Notes under the pieces: model-generated | Seen by the model: the letters and a program-made list of their open reading frames with translations, nothing else | What the model was told of the DNA's origin: nothing | The model's database searches: none | Assembly (NCBI GenBank): GCA_963770835.1 | Contig: CAVYRH010000005.1 | Span: forward strand, 192,001-256,000 | Length of the DNA stretch: 64,000 nt | Direction: 5' to 3' | From: an uncultured Pseudomonadota bacterium | Lineage (GTDB): Bacteria; Oederibacteriota; Muellerivitia; Muellerivitales; Muellerivitaceae | In this document: positions 20,169-31,144 of the stretch, piece by piece | Layout: each line of letters begins with the position of its first letter | Position numbering within the stretch: position 1 is the stretch's first letter | Made by a program: the position numbers and the translations under genes

Positions 20169-20532
20169 AAAAATGGCTCGGACATTGAAAATAGCTTCTG
20201 TCGGTGAACTGAAGAATGGTGAGTCAAAGAAATTCATAATCCATCGTAAGGATCGTACAACGGAAGCTTTTTTGATTAAAACGAATGACCGGGTTTATGC
20301 TTATTTAAACTTATGCCGACATTGGACCGTAGGACTTGACTTTGACGACAATGAATTTTTTTCGGAAGATCGGGAATGGATCGTCTGTAAGAATCATGGG
20401 GCGCTATACAACCCTGTGACGGGGGAATGTGCAAGCGGGCCTTGCGGGGGAGCCGGCCTTTATCCGGTGCCTTTGTTCGAGAAAGATGATTTTGTCTACG
20501 CTGACGTGGCGCAGGTCAATTGGGGAGACTGA
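20158..20532 (+). CDS. Rieske [2Fe-2S] protein
   Basis: CRH...CKNHGALY...G.C..GP. Confidence 0.9.
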   Translation: MPRKKMARTLKIASVGELKNGESKKFIIHRKDRTTEAFLIKTNDRVYAYLNLCRHWTVGLDFDDNEFFSEDREWIVCKNHGALYNPVTGECASGPCGGAGLYPVPLFEKDDFVYADVAQVNWGD

Positions 20533-20539
20533 GTCATTT

Positions 20540-21595
20540 TCAAATTGGATGCAATCCGCGGCGCGTCAGGCCGGTGGTTTCATCCAATCCGAACATCAGG
20601 TTCATGTTTTGAACTCCCACATGGGCACCACCCTTGCCGATGCTGTCCAGCACGCTGAAAACCACGATTCGGCCTCGGACCTCGTCCACATCCAAGCCAA
20701 TGAAGCAGAAATTGGTACCGGAGACACTGTTTACCCAAGGGTAGGGTTTGTACTGCCAGGAAACGCCTTCCTCCATAGGAAGATCATAAGCCTTGACGAA
20801 ATATTCATTTTTATAGAATTCCTTGTAAAGCGCCATGACCTTGGCTCGGGTAACTTTTTTGGTTGGGAAGACATGACAGATATCCAGTATCCCCCGGATG
20901 ATCGGAACGTAAACAGGCGTAAAACCGATTTTTACATTTTTGCCCGATAGAGCTGTCAGTTCTTGCTCCGCCTCATAAGTGTGACGATGCCCCGTAACGT
21001 TGTAAGGGATTAAATTATTGCCGATTTCGGCATGATGCGCGGGCCTAGAAAGGTCGGCGCCGATTCCTGCCGTTCCCGAGAGACCGTCTACAATGATTTT
21101 GGTAGTATCGATCCATCCGGCTTTGACCAGGGGTGCCAAACCCAGAATGGCCGCTGAAGCAAAACAACCGGGATTGGCGATGATGCGAGCCTTTTTAATC
21201 TCTTCCCGATGGAGTTCGGAAACGCCATAGACGGCTTCTTTGGCAAGGTTCCAGCTTTTGTGTTTCTTCTTGTAAACTTTTTCCCAAGTAGTGCGGTCAC
21301 TCAAGCGGAAATCTGCTCCTAGATCGATGACTTTCGCGCCTTGTTTTATAAATTTTGGTGCCAATTCCATGGGAACACCCGTGGGCAGGGCCATGAAAAC
21401 GACATCGCAGGGAGTCGTTTGGTCAGGACGAATGAATTGGATACCGCTACCGTAGAGATTGGGATGGTAATCGGCCACCTGGGCTTCGCTGCGGCTGGTA
21501 GCCCACGCGATTTCAACTTCTGGATGGTCCATCAGAACCCGCAAGACTTCGCCACCCATGTAACCTGTGGCTCCGTAAATGCCGGCGCGAATCAT
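20540..21595 (-). CDS. argC: N-acetyl-gamma-glutamyl-phosphate reductase
   Basis: GATGYMG, IDLGADFRL, IANPGC, KGGA...QNMN. Confidence 0.95.
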   Translation of the reverse strand: MIRAGIYGATGYMGGEVLRVLMDHPEVEIAWATSRSEAQVADYHPNLYGSGIQFIRPDQTTPCDVVFMALPTGVPMELAPKFIKQGAKVIDLGADFRLSDRTTWEKVYKKKHKSWNLAKEAVYGVSELHREEIKKARIIANPGCFASAAILGLAPLVKAGWIDTTKIIVDGLSGTAGIGADLSRPAHHAEIGNNLIPYNVTGHRHTYEAEQELTALSGKNVKIGFTPVYVPIIRGILDICHVFPTKKVTRAKVMALYKEFYKNEYFVKAYDLPMEEGVSWQYKPYPWVNSVSGTNFCFIGLDVDEVRGRIVVFSVLDSIGKGGAHVGVQNMNLMFGLDETTGLTRRGLHPI

Positions 21596-21644
21596 GAACT
21601 GCCTCCAAGAAATGTTGAAATTCCGAATTTACTTGGGAGATAAA

Positions 21645-21720
21645 TGGCGACCCCAACGGGAGTCGAACCCGTGTTGCCGGGATGAAAACCCGGTGTCCTA
21701 GGCCTCTAGACGATGGGGTC
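21645..21720 (-). tRNA. tRNA-Glu(UUC)
   Basis: Reverse complement GACCCCATCGTCTAGAGGCCTAGGACACCGGGTTTTCATCCCGG...GTTCGACTCCCGTTGGGGTCGCCA; anticodon TTC; CCA encoded. Confidence 0.97.
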
Positions 21721-21753
21721 AAAAGTTCTGAAAAACCCAAGAAAAGAGTGCAA

Positions 21754-21782
21754 ATTTTAGGGGACAAGGCCAGGGAAGTCAA
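21754..21782 (-). promoter_or_regulatory. Sigma70-type promoter for tRNA-Glu and argC
   Basis: Minus strand TTGACT-17 nt-TAAAAT. Confidence 0.7.
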
Positions 21783-21962
21783 GGAAGGAACATTGTATTG
21801 AAATGTCGATGGAAAAGCCTTGTTCAATACAAACGCTATTAGTGCCAAGAAGTAAATTTACCCAAAGGCCCGCTATTCTTCTGAATAATAGACTTCAAGA
21901 AAATTCACCAGTCGACCAGGTGACGTTGAGGAATTCTGTCGTTATGATACGTTAATCATTAT

Positions 21963-22481
21963 TTGCTGATGGAAGATGTGGTTCGAAAATCGAGGTTGGT
22001 TTTGGGCGGTTTGAAAAATCCACTGGATGGACAATGGCGAAAAAAGAAAAAAATAAATCCAAAGGTCCTTTTTGAAACCACTCAGGGAAAGTTCACGGTT
22101 GAACCTTTCCTGGACGTAAAAATAACGTCACAGAATTTTTTGGATTTAGTTTCATCAGGGTTTTACACCGACCTTCTTTTTCACCGCTATGTTCCGGGAT
22201 TCGTGATCCAAGGTGGCGACCCAACCGGGACGGGCATGGGTGGGTCCCCAACAACAATCCCACTTGAAATCACGGAGCACAAACATGATAAGGGAGCCCT
22301 TGGGATGGCCCGTTCCCAGGATCCCGATTCGGCTTCCAGTCAGTTTTATATTTGCTTGGAAGATACACATCAGTTAGATGGTGGTTATGCTGTTTTTGGA
22401 AGGGTTGTTAAAGGAATGGATAACGTTTTGAAACTTCGCCAAGGCGATAAAATGACAAATGTAACGCTGCTAAAAAAATAA
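21963..22481 (+). CDS. Cyclophilin-type peptidyl-prolyl isomerase (start codon uncertain)
   Basis: [43 protein letters not shown]. Confidence 0.95.
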   Translation: MLMEDVVRKSRLVLGGLKNPLDGQWRKKKKINPKVLFETTQGKFTVEPFLDVKITSQNFLDLVSSGFYTDLLFHRYVPGFVIQGGDPTGTGMGGSPTTIPLEITEHKHDKGALGMARSQDPDSASSQFYICLEDTHQLDGGYAVFGRVVKGMDNVLKLRQGDKMTNVTLLKK

Positions 22482-22563
22482 GCCGGGAAGGAGCCATAGG
22501 GCTTCCTTTAAACATGTTGTATAATAACAACAACTTATATTAGAGAAGCGAGGTTCCAAATCG

Positions 22564-23604
22564 ATGGCCATCACCATCAAGGATGTGGCACAAAAAGCCG
22601 GAGTTTCTGTCGCAACGGTTTCCAGGGTCGTCAATCAAAAAGACATCCATAAAGTCGGAGTCAAGACCCAACAAAGAATCGAAAGAATCCTCAAAGAACT
22701 GGGTTATTACCCCAATACCATGGCGCGGGGCCTAAAAACCCGGAAAACCTACAACATTGGCGTCGTTTTCTTCTGGTATGAAAAACCATCACTCAGTGAT
22801 TTTTATTTGACCCGCGTTTTGGACGGCATCATTAGTTTCATCAGTGAAAAGCGTTATAACATATTGATGAATACTTTCAGCCGTCAAATCCAAAATGAAG
22901 GAGTTTACGCGAATTTTGTTAATTCCGGACTTGTGGATGGGGTATTGGCCATCGCGCCGCCGGTTGAGTCCCGGTTTTACCAGGATTTGAAGCAAGGATC
23001 TTTACCTTATGTCCTCGTAAATTATCAAGTCAATGATCCAAACGTTTGCTTTGTCGATTGCCTTAATACCCAAGGTATCATCGACGTGGTGGACCACCTG
23101 ATTTCATTGGATCATAAACGCATTGGATTTATTGCGGGGGATGTCAATTATTCGAAAAATTCGTTGGACCGGTTTAACGCCTACAAATATATCCTCAAAA
23201 AAAGGGGTCTCCCTTTTCACGAGGAACATGTTTATTTTGGAAATTGGAGTGAACAATCGGGAGCCAAAGCCGTAGAAGTTTTCTGGAAAACCAAGAATCC
23301 CCCGACTGCTTTGATCGGATCGAGTGACATGATGGCTCTTGGGGCCATCCGACAACTTCGTAAACAAGGTCTCCGAGTGCCCCAGGACGTGGCGGTTGTT
23401 GGATTTGATGATATTTCTAACGACAGTACACTGACCACTGTCCACCAGCCAGCTTATGACATCGGATACGAAGCCGCCAAAATGTTGTGGAACCAGATCG
23501 AAAAAAGACCCCTTGAATATACGCATCGGTTTTTCCCGACCAAATTGGTAGTGCGCGAAAGCTGTGGTTACTACTTGAAGAATTCCCAAGAACAAAAAAT
23601 TTAA
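22564..23604 (+). CDS. LacI-family transcriptional regulator
   Basis: TIKDVAQKAGVSVATVSRV, VPQDVAVVGFDD. Confidence 0.97.
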   Translation: MAITIKDVAQKAGVSVATVSRVVNQKDIHKVGVKTQQRIERILKELGYYPNTMARGLKTRKTYNIGVVFFWYEKPSLSDFYLTRVLDGIISFISEKRYNILMNTFSRQIQNEGVYANFVNSGLVDGVLAIAPPVESRFYQDLKQGSLPYVLVNYQVNDPNVCFVDCLNTQGIIDVVDHLISLDHKRIGFIAGDVNYSKNSLDRFNAYKYILKKRGLPFHEEHVYFGNWSEQSGAKAVEVFWKTKNPPTALIGSSDMMALGAIRQLRKQGLRVPQDVAVVGFDDISNDSTLTTVHQPAYDIGYEAAKMLWNQIEKRPLEYTHRFFPTKLVVRESCGYYLKNSQEQKI

Positions 23605-23778
23605 AATTCAAAAAACTAGGCTGGGGTGTTTTTAGATGATGGCTAAAAGCGCCTTCTTTCCTTAGGCCCCCCCGTAGGATGAATGTTCCATTCCCATATT
23701 GCCGTTGAAGGGCTTTGGGAAAGGTGTTATAAAAGCCTGCCCGCGCTTTGATTCCATCCCGAAAAGGAAAAATAACCC

Positions 23779-26664
23779 ATGAAATTTCAGAAGCTCTTTT
23801 TTCCGGCCGTCATTTTTCTTGTCTTCGGACTTCCGCCCATTTCCCACGCTGGACCCGCAGCCGATATCACTGACACAACCGCCCCTCCACGAATTGACGG
23901 GGACTTATCCGATTGGACCAGCCAGCCTGTCATCACGTTGGATAAAAAAGAAAACGTGGTGGTTGGAGTGAACGATTGGACCGGCCCGGATTATTGCAGC
24001 GCTAAAATTTACATCACTTACGACAAAATCAACCTATATATAGCCGCAGACATCACCAGCAAAACTCCCCAGTTCAACAGCCAGGATGCCAGCAACATCT
24101 ATAATGGCGACGCTTTGGAAGTTTATGCCGGGACGGATTTGACCGATCCCAAGCGGACTTCTTATTCACCCACCGACGTTCAATTCATCCTTTCACCCGG
24201 TAAAAATGGGGACAACGCACAGGTTTACAGCGCAACGGATAAGTCACCGGTTTCCGGGGCGAAAGTGGCCACCCAACTAACTAAGACCGGGTACACGTTG
24301 GAAGCCTCTATCCCTTTAAAATTCTTCTATAAGATCAAGGTCGGACTTGGAAAATCTATCGGGTTCGACGTGGCTTTGGACGATGTCGGTGCGACTTCCA
24401 AAGTCCGGACCTTGCAAATGGCTTGGTCTCAGCAAGATAAGAGCTGGCAGGATCCGTCCCAATGGGGCACTTTGACTTTCAAAGGGGATACGGTTTTTGT
24501 CAACAACGAACCGAAAATGGCCATGCCTGGCGCGGTTCAGGCAGACCTGGATCCGAAAGACGGGGCCAAAGGTGCTTCGACTGCGGGCACGCTTTTGTGG
24601 GGTTTCAATGGTGACTTGGGTGGGTTTACAGGCTCAGTGACATCGACCACCGACATTACCAGTGAAGGAACTGGAGCGTTATTAGTAAATACGGATGGCT
24701 CCTCTGGTTGGAATCAAAACCTGGCCGTTTCCACCACCATTCCCATGGCGAACAAGTGGGAGACATTCAAAGCCATTTCGCTTGATGTTTATTTCCCGCC
24801 AAAAAGTTTGGCTAAGGCTGGTTACGGCGAACTTTACATCATTACGCAAAGCCCGGCCAACAATTGGTATGAAATTAAAATGAAAATGAACGAAGGGTGG
24901 AACCACATCAAACAAGAGGTGGATTCCAGCCAATTCAAAGGTGGGGTCACTAAAGCCTACTTTGTTTTTAACTCAGGTGGGCCCATTTCGGGACAAGTAG
25001 CTATTGACAACATTCGCGGACTTGCTAAAGGCGCCGCCACTGTTTTAAAGGGAAAGGTCACCCAAGGTTCGGGTAAACCTGTTGCGGGAGCAATTGTGGC
25101 TGTTGCGAAAAAGCTGGTGAAGACATCGGCTAATGGCGCGTTCTCTATTGAACTCCCAGCCGACGAGTATACAGCCGAAGTTTTTTGTCCCGGATATGAA
25201 GCTTACCGGGAAAACGTCAAAGTTGATTCAACGGCCGAAAATATGTGGAACGTAACTTTGAAACCAACCTCGGCGATCATAAAACCTGCAGTTGTTGACG
25301 CCTTTTTCGACAAGCCGAAAGTTCGTACCATCAATCCACATTACATGTATGGGAACAATATTGCCGCTTGGTACGATCCAAAGTGGTGCACGGATGAAAC
25401 TGGGCTAAAAAAGGCTGAAGACATTTCCTCCTACTATCGGGTTCCAGGTGGCGCTTACGCTAACATTTGGAATTGGAGAACCGGTGAGGTATTCCGGAAA
25501 GACGGCACCACAGTACAATGGACCCCCGACTTCAAATGGCCCCAGATGGTGGACTTCCTAAAAAAGACACATTCTGAGCCGCTAATGATCGCCAATATGG
25601 CGACACTCGACGTCCAAAACTGCTTGGATTGGATTGCGGATGCGAAGGCCCAAGGCTTGACGGTCAAATATGTCGAGTTGGGGAATGAACCTGATTACGA
25701 GGCTGATCTTTTTTATAAAGGCCAGGACCAGTATTGGACGGTCATTGATAATTATTGCCAACATTTCATTGAATTTGCCAAGGCGATTAAATCCAAATAT
25801 CCCGACATCAAAATCATGGGGCCTACCATAGCCCAGGTGGAAAACCACGAGCGCAAAGAAGGTTCCCCCTGGCTGGCGGCGGCGTCCTCTCCCTGGTGGG
25901 TAGAAAAGTTTTTGGAAGAGTGCGGTTCCTACGTGGATGTAGTCTCAGTGCACAGCTACCCCTATTGGAGCAATGACAGCGACACTAATTTGCTTTCCAA
26001 AACCAACCATTGGGCCGAATTTATTCCCAAAATTCGGGAAGCCATCCAGAAAAATATTCCAGATCGCTACAAGCAGATTGAAATCTCCGTAAGTGAGTGG
26101 AACTCAGGGGATGAAAATTCAACTACGGCCCGTTTGGTCAACGGCTTATTTTGCGCGGATTACCTGGCCCAGATGATGCTCTACGGTGTTAACCAGGCAA
26201 ATATTTGGGACCTTTATACCCAAAAACCGGGATTGGGTGGGGGACATGGGGTCCTTGATCCCAATAACGACCCGGATCATCCATTTGCCGAAAGGGCTCA
26301 CTATTGGGGACTTTTCATGATGGAACACCACTTTGGGACGGTTCTTTACCAGGCCGTTGCTACTACGGATGATTTATCGGCTTACGCCAGCACGGCTAGC
26401 GGAAAAGAATATCTGATGGTTATCAATAAAAGTCCCAAAAACGCCTATAAGACCTCAATTAACACAGGAAGTTCCAAGATCCGATTTAAAACCGATTTCT
26501 ACGAATTGAGCTCGAAGGAATACCAGTGGAGTGAAAATCTTTACCGCGCCGTCATTAATTCCGGTCCTAGCCACCTGAAGGGTGGACGGGTCGTTAAAAA
26601 CCGCTTTGAGTACACCTTCCCGCCATATTCCATTACCTGCATTGAGATGACCCCGTCTAAATAA
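23779..26664 (+). CDS. Secreted modular clan GH-A-like glycoside hydrolase with a CBM9/DOMON-like domain
   Basis: Signal peptide; IDGDLSDW..YTLEASIP..GFDVALDD (CBM9-like); carboxypeptidase-regulatory-like linker; RVPGG, VELGNEPD, VSVHSYP, SEWN; exact family not assignable by eye. Confidence 0.8.
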   Translation: MKFQKLFFPAVIFLVFGLPPISHAGPAADITDTTAPPRIDGDLSDWTSQPVITLDKKENVVVGVNDWTGPDYCSAKIYITYDKINLYIAADITSKTPQFNSQDASNIYNGDALEVYAGTDLTDPKRTSYSPTDVQFILSPGKNGDNAQVYSATDKSPVSGAKVATQLTKTGYTLEASIPLKFFYKIKVGLGKSIGFDVALDDVGATSKVRTLQMAWSQQDKSWQDPSQWGTLTFKGDTVFVNNEPKMAMPGAVQADLDPKDGAKGASTAGTLLWGFNGDLGGFTGSVTSTTDITSEGTGALLVNTDGSSGWNQNLAVSTTIPMANKWETFKAISLDVYFPPKSLAKAGYGELYIITQSPANNWYEIKMKMNEGWNHIKQEVDSSQFKGGVTKAYFVFNSGGPISGQVAIDNIRGLAKGAATVLKGKVTQGSGKPVAGAIVAVAKKLVKTSANGAFSIELPADEYTAEVFCPGYEAYRENVKVDSTAENMWNVTLKPTSAIIKPAVVDAFFDKPKVRTINPHYMYGNNIAAWYDPKWCTDETGLKKAEDISSYYRVPGGAYANIWNWRTGEVFRKDGTTVQWTPDFKWPQMVDFLKKTHSEPLMIANMATLDVQNCLDWIADAKAQGLTVKYVELGNEPDYEADLFYKGQDQYWTVIDNYCQHFIEFAKAIKSKYPDIKIMGPTIAQVENHERKEGSPWLAAASSPWWVEKFLEECGSYVDVVSVHSYPYWSNDSDTNLLSKTNHWAEFIPKIREAIQKNIPDRYKQIEISVSEWNSGDENSTTARLVNGLFCADYLAQMMLYGVNQANIWDLYTQKPGLGGGHGVLDPNNDPDHPFAERAHYWGLFMMEHHFGTVLYQAVATTDDLSAYASTASGKEYLMVINKSPKNAYKTSINTGSSKIRFKTDFYELSSKEYQWSENLYRAVINSGPSHLKGGRVVKNRFEYTFPPYSITCIEMTPSK

Positions 26665-26847
26665 CGGGGTCCTCTCCTTGAGTTTTGCGTTGGAACTCTC
26701 CCGATAAAGCCCTTGGCCTGGTAAGGGGCCTATGTTAAATTATTTTCCACCCTTAACTTTTGACGTCAAAGGCTTGCTTCAACCTGATGCCACAACCCCT
26801 CAAAGGTTGACACAAACCGAAGTTTCCCTTGAAGGAGTTTTTCTGCG

Positions 26848-28935
26848 GTGTCCGAAGATAAAGCCGTCCTTATTAAAACCGCTTATTCCTATTACCAAAA
26901 AGGTGATTGGGACAGGGCTATCGAGGAATACCACAAATTAGCCGATTTGGACCCCAAGGACTTGAACGTCCACAACATGTTGGCTGACATTTACGCCAAA
27001 AAAGGCGATGTTCAAGAAGCCCTCCAGCAATACGATCTCGTCGCCCAAGGCTTTGACCAGAAAAACCAAGTCGATAAAGTCCTTCAAGTTTATCGGCGGA
27101 TGCTCAAACTGGTTCCTAATGATCCGGATTTACTCAACGCCGTTAAAAACCTAATTGATAAGTACCTGGCCCGTGCCGGCCAACTGGAAGATGTTGATCC
27201 CGGGAAATCTGCTGAAATTTACCGATTTGTTCTTAAAACTGAGCCCGCCCGGATCGACGCCCATTTCCAACTCGCCAGGCTTTTGGCCAAGAACGGACAA
27301 AAATTCGAAGCCGTTGAATCCCTTATGAACCTGTTGACGAATTTGGATCCGGAAACTCAAACAGGACGGCTGGTGGAGGTTCTACAAGTTATCACCGAGC
27401 TGGATCCCCTGAACATTGAGGCGCGTGAAAAAATGATCACCTTGTTCATCCAGGCCAAACAGACGGCGGCTGCCGTGAAGGGCCTGCAAGACTTGATCGA
27501 AATTTATATCAGCAAGAATGAGTTCACTCAAGCACAGGAAGCGGCCCAAAAGGCGATCGAGCTTGGAGACTCCAACACCTATTACCATTTGGGCGTGATT
27601 TATTTCAACCAACAAAAATACACCGAAAGCCGGCAGGCTTTTGAAAAGTTTTTAACTTTTCAAGAAGGGCATGTTGGTGCTTTGAAATACCTTGCTCTTT
27701 CTTTTATGCGATTGGGGCAGGCGCCGGAAGCGGTTTTGGTTTACCTCAAGATCCTTGATGTTTATTTTAACGAAAATCTTTTGGACGAGGCCAGGGAAGT
27801 TCGACAGACGATTCTGGAACTGGATCCGGCAAATGAGGCCGTCAAACGGTACCCGTTGGAACAAGCGGTTATGATACCTGAAACGCCGCCGGCCGAATAT
27901 CCGCCTATAACTGATGGCGCTGCGTCTGAAAATGAGAAATCCCTTGCGGATCAACAGACGCTTCTTTCGCAAGCCACCGGCTTTACCGAAAGGGGATTTT
28001 ACGAACAGGCGATTGATATTTATTTGGATATGCTAAAACGTTGGCCCCAACTGCCGGAAATCCGCATTCGCTTGCAACAAGTTTATGCCCTTATGGCACG
28101 GGCCGCAGAGCCTGCGGAAAAATACCCATCGCCCGAGGAAATCAAATCCGAACTGGAACGAGAATTACGGGAACAGATGCGCCGGGAACTGGACGAACAA
28201 GCCCGGATCGTTCATGAACAACAACGGGAATTAGAGCAAAAAAGGGAATTGGAACAGTTGCGACTAAAACAGGAACTGGAATCGAAACTGATGGAGCAAG
28301 TGAATCGAACCAAAGAAGAAGATCTGCGGCAACTACTTTCCCGAGAATACGAGGAGAAACAAAGACTTTTGTTGGTCGAACGGGACCGTCTGGAAAAAGA
28401 AAAAGATGAATCCCTGACCCGGTTGAAAGCCGAATTTGAAAAATCAAAAGTTGTTATGGAACAAAAACTGCGCGAGCAAATTGAAAAAGAAACAAAGGAC
28501 AGGTTGGACCGGGAAGTTCAACTGAAAACTGCCTTGGAACAAGAAGAGGAAAAGAGAAAGACCGAGGAGGAAGAACGAAAAAAGTACGCAAACCAAAAAA
28601 AAGAACAAGAGGCAGCCAAGGCCAAAATTAACCAAGAAATATTACAAGGAATGGAAAGACTTCGCTTCGAAAAAGAAAAAGAGGCAAAATCAAGTCCGTC
28701 GCTGTCGACTTCTCATCCAAAACCTTTGATCGAAACCGTCCCCACTAATCCTTCCCCAGAGACCCAAGAGTCGTTAGATGATCCCTTTGTCCGGCAAACC
28801 TTGGCTGAAATTTACGCGAAACAAGGCCTTTATGTTGAGGCCCTTAAAATTTATGAAAAAATATTAAATGAGGAACCAAACAATGAAGATGTCCGTGAAA
28901 AATTGAGAGATATATTGCGTCTCAAAGGTATTTAA
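26848..28935 (+). CDS. TPR-repeat protein with a long charged coiled coil
   Basis: Multiple TPR motifs; E/K/R/Q-rich coiled coil; C-terminal TLAEIYAKQGLY TPR. Confidence 0.85.
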   Translation: MSEDKAVLIKTAYSYYQKGDWDRAIEEYHKLADLDPKDLNVHNMLADIYAKKGDVQEALQQYDLVAQGFDQKNQVDKVLQVYRRMLKLVPNDPDLLNAVKNLIDKYLARAGQLEDVDPGKSAEIYRFVLKTEPARIDAHFQLARLLAKNGQKFEAVESLMNLLTNLDPETQTGRLVEVLQVITELDPLNIEAREKMITLFIQAKQTAAAVKGLQDLIEIYISKNEFTQAQEAAQKAIELGDSNTYYHLGVIYFNQQKYTESRQAFEKFLTFQEGHVGALKYLALSFMRLGQAPEAVLVYLKILDVYFNENLLDEAREVRQTILELDPANEAVKRYPLEQAVMIPETPPAEYPPITDGAASENEKSLADQQTLLSQATGFTERGFYEQAIDIYLDMLKRWPQLPEIRIRLQQVYALMARAAEPAEKYPSPEEIKSELERELREQMRRELDEQARIVHEQQRELEQKRELEQLRLKQELESKLMEQVNRTKEEDLRQLLSREYEEKQRLLLVERDRLEKEKDESLTRLKAEFEKSKVVMEQKLREQIEKETKDRLDREVQLKTALEQEEEKRKTEEEERKKYANQKKEQEAAKAKINQEILQGMERLRFEKEKEAKSSPSLSTSHPKPLIETVPTNPSPETQESLDDPFVRQTLAEIYAKQGLYVEALKIYEKILNEEPNNEDVREKLRDILRLKGI

Positions 28936-29089
28936 GGTTTCTAGCCATATTTAGTAGAGGCGTAACCCGAGTTGAAGGCGTCGTGAATAATTCTGTGAAG
29001 GCTTTTATCAAAAGCTTTAGTTTATTCAAACAATAAATATTACGCTTATTTCCCTTGTTTTCGTCCTGGTGCTTTCCCAGAATAACCCC

Positions 29090-31078
29090 ATGAAATTCGA
29101 AATTGTCTCTCCTTTCAAACCGACAGGTGATCAACCGCAGGCAATCGACAAACTCCTGAGAAACCTTGAAAAGGGCTTGCCCCACCAGACCCTTTTGGGT
29201 GTGACGGGATCGGGGAAAACCTTCACGATGGCCCAGGTTATCCAAAAGACTCAACGCCCTTCCCTTGTGATTTCGCACAACAAAACTTTGGCTGCACAGC
29301 TTTATAGCGAATTTAAGGAATTTTTTCCGAAGAATGCCGTGGCTTATTTTGTTAGTTATTATGATTATTATCAACCCGAGGCCTATCTTCCCCAGACCGA
29401 TACTTTCATCGAGAAAGACGCTTCCATCAATATGGAGCTTGACCGGCTGAGGCTGGAAGCCACTGCATTGCTGCAGGAGAGGCGAGATGTGGTTATTGTG
29501 GCGTCCGTTTCCTGCATTTATGGGCTTGGTTCCCCCGAGTATTACAAAAAAATGCACTTGGTGATTCGGGAGGGTCAGGAGACCCCAAGAGAAAACCTAC
29601 TTAAAGAACTCGTTGGAATCCAGTACTCCCGTAACGATATTGATTTCAACCGCGGCAAATTCAGGGTCAAGGGCGACGTTGTCGAAATTTTCCCGGCTTA
29701 CGAGGAAAATCCCTTTCGAGTCGAGTTTTTTGGGGATGAAGTCGAGAAAATATCGGAAGTTGATCCTGTCACGGGAAAGGAACTGAACCGTCGAACTGTT
29801 CTTCCTGTTTATCCAGCTAAACATTACGTTATGCCGGAATCGGTCATCAAAGGCGCGATTCAAGAAATCCAAGAGGAATTGCGGGAGCGGCTCCTGGAAT
29901 TAAAAAAAGAAAATAAACTTGTGGAGGCTCAGCGCCTGGAACAGCGCACCCAGTTCGACCTCGAAATGATCGAAGAAATGGGTTACTGCCAAGGGATTGA
30001 AAATTACAGTCGGCACTTCGATGGCCGCAAGGCAGGGGAACCACCTTATACTCTTTTAGATTATTTCCCAAATGATTTCCTGACATTTATTGATGAGTCT
30101 CATGTGACCCTACCCCAACTCCACGGTATGTATAACGGAGATTTTGCCCGGAAAAAGAACCTCGTGGACTTTGGATTCCGCCTGAAATGCGCTTTTGACA
30201 ATAGGCCCTTGAGGTTTGAGGAATTCCAAAAGAAGACCGGGCAGGTGATTTATGTTTCGGCCACCCCGGCCAAGGAAGAACTGGGATATTCCAAGGAAGT
30301 AGTGGTGGAACAAATCATTCGTCCGACGGGTTTAATGGATCCGGAAATAGAAGTTCGTCCGGCTGCTTCCCAGGTGGATGACTTGACCAGCCAAATCCGG
30401 GAAAGAGTGAAAAAACAACAGCGCGTCCTGGTGACGACCTTGACCAAGAAGATGGCCGAGGATTTGACCGGTTTCTTGAAGCAAATCAACGTCAGGGTGG
30501 CCTACCTTCATTCAGATGTGGAAACCCTGGATCGCATCCGGATCATCCGGGATCTCCGTCTCGGTGTTTACGACGTTCTCGTCGGCGTAAATCTCTTGCG
30601 GGAGGGATTGGATTTGCCCGAAGTGGGGTTGGTGGCCATTATGGACGCGGACAAAGAAGGCTTTTTGCGGTCTGAAGTCTCTCTCATGCAGACGGCCGGG
30701 CGGGCCGCCCGGAACGTGGAGGGAAAAGTCATCTTTTACGCCGATAAGGAAACCGCATCAATCCTTAAAACCATCCAGGAAACGAAGCGGCGTCGGAAGG
30801 TACAAGGGGAATATAACCAAAAAAATGGAATTACTCCCGCAACTATCAAAAAGCAAATACGGGAGATATTATCCACTGTCTATGAGGCGGACTACTACAC
30901 CGTTCCCGTCGCGGCGGAGGAACAGGAACCCTACTTGGTACCAGAGGCTATTCCCAGAAAAATTGTTGCCTTAGAGAAGGAAATGATGGGGTACGCTCAA
31001 AAATATGAATATGAAAAGGCGGCGGAATTGCGAGACCAAATCCGACAATTGCGTGAACGGATTAAAAGTCCGTTCTAA
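29090..31078 (+). CDS. uvrB: Excinuclease ABC subunit B
   Basis: [30 protein letters not shown]. Confidence 0.99.
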   Translation: MKFEIVSPFKPTGDQPQAIDKLLRNLEKGLPHQTLLGVTGSGKTFTMAQVIQKTQRPSLVISHNKTLAAQLYSEFKEFFPKNAVAYFVSYYDYYQPEAYLPQTDTFIEKDASINMELDRLRLEATALLQERRDVVIVASVSCIYGLGSPEYYKKMHLVIREGQETPRENLLKELVGIQYSRNDIDFNRGKFRVKGDVVEIFPAYEENPFRVEFFGDEVEKISEVDPVTGKELNRRTVLPVYPAKHYVMPESVIKGAIQEIQEELRERLLELKKENKLVEAQRLEQRTQFDLEMIEEMGYCQGIENYSRHFDGRKAGEPPYTLLDYFPNDFLTFIDESHVTLPQLHGMYNGDFARKKNLVDFGFRLKCAFDNRPLRFEEFQKKTGQVIYVSATPAKEELGYSKEVVVEQIIRPTGLMDPEIEVRPAASQVDDLTSQIRERVKKQQRVLVTTLTKKMAEDLTGFLKQINVRVAYLHSDVETLDRIRIIRDLRLGVYDVLVGVNLLREGLDLPEVGLVAIMDADKEGFLRSEVSLMQTAGRAARNVEGKVIFYADKETASILKTIQETKRRRKVQGEYNQKNGITPATIKKQIREILSTVYEADYYTVPVAAEEQEPYLVPEAIPRKIVALEKEMMGYAQKYEYEKAAELRDQIRQLRERIKSPF

Positions 31079-31144
31079 TCCTGCCCTGAACTTCCCAGTT
31101 TCGTTTTGGGGTTATCGACTGAGTCAACCGAAAAGAGTTTAACC

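Noticed and set aside
22034..22075. Out-of-frame ATG plus A tracts at the cyclophilin 5' end, suggesting a programmed frameshift
   Set aside because: An in-frame upstream start (21963/21969) already gives an intact ORF; this cannot be separated from chance or a homopolymer error.
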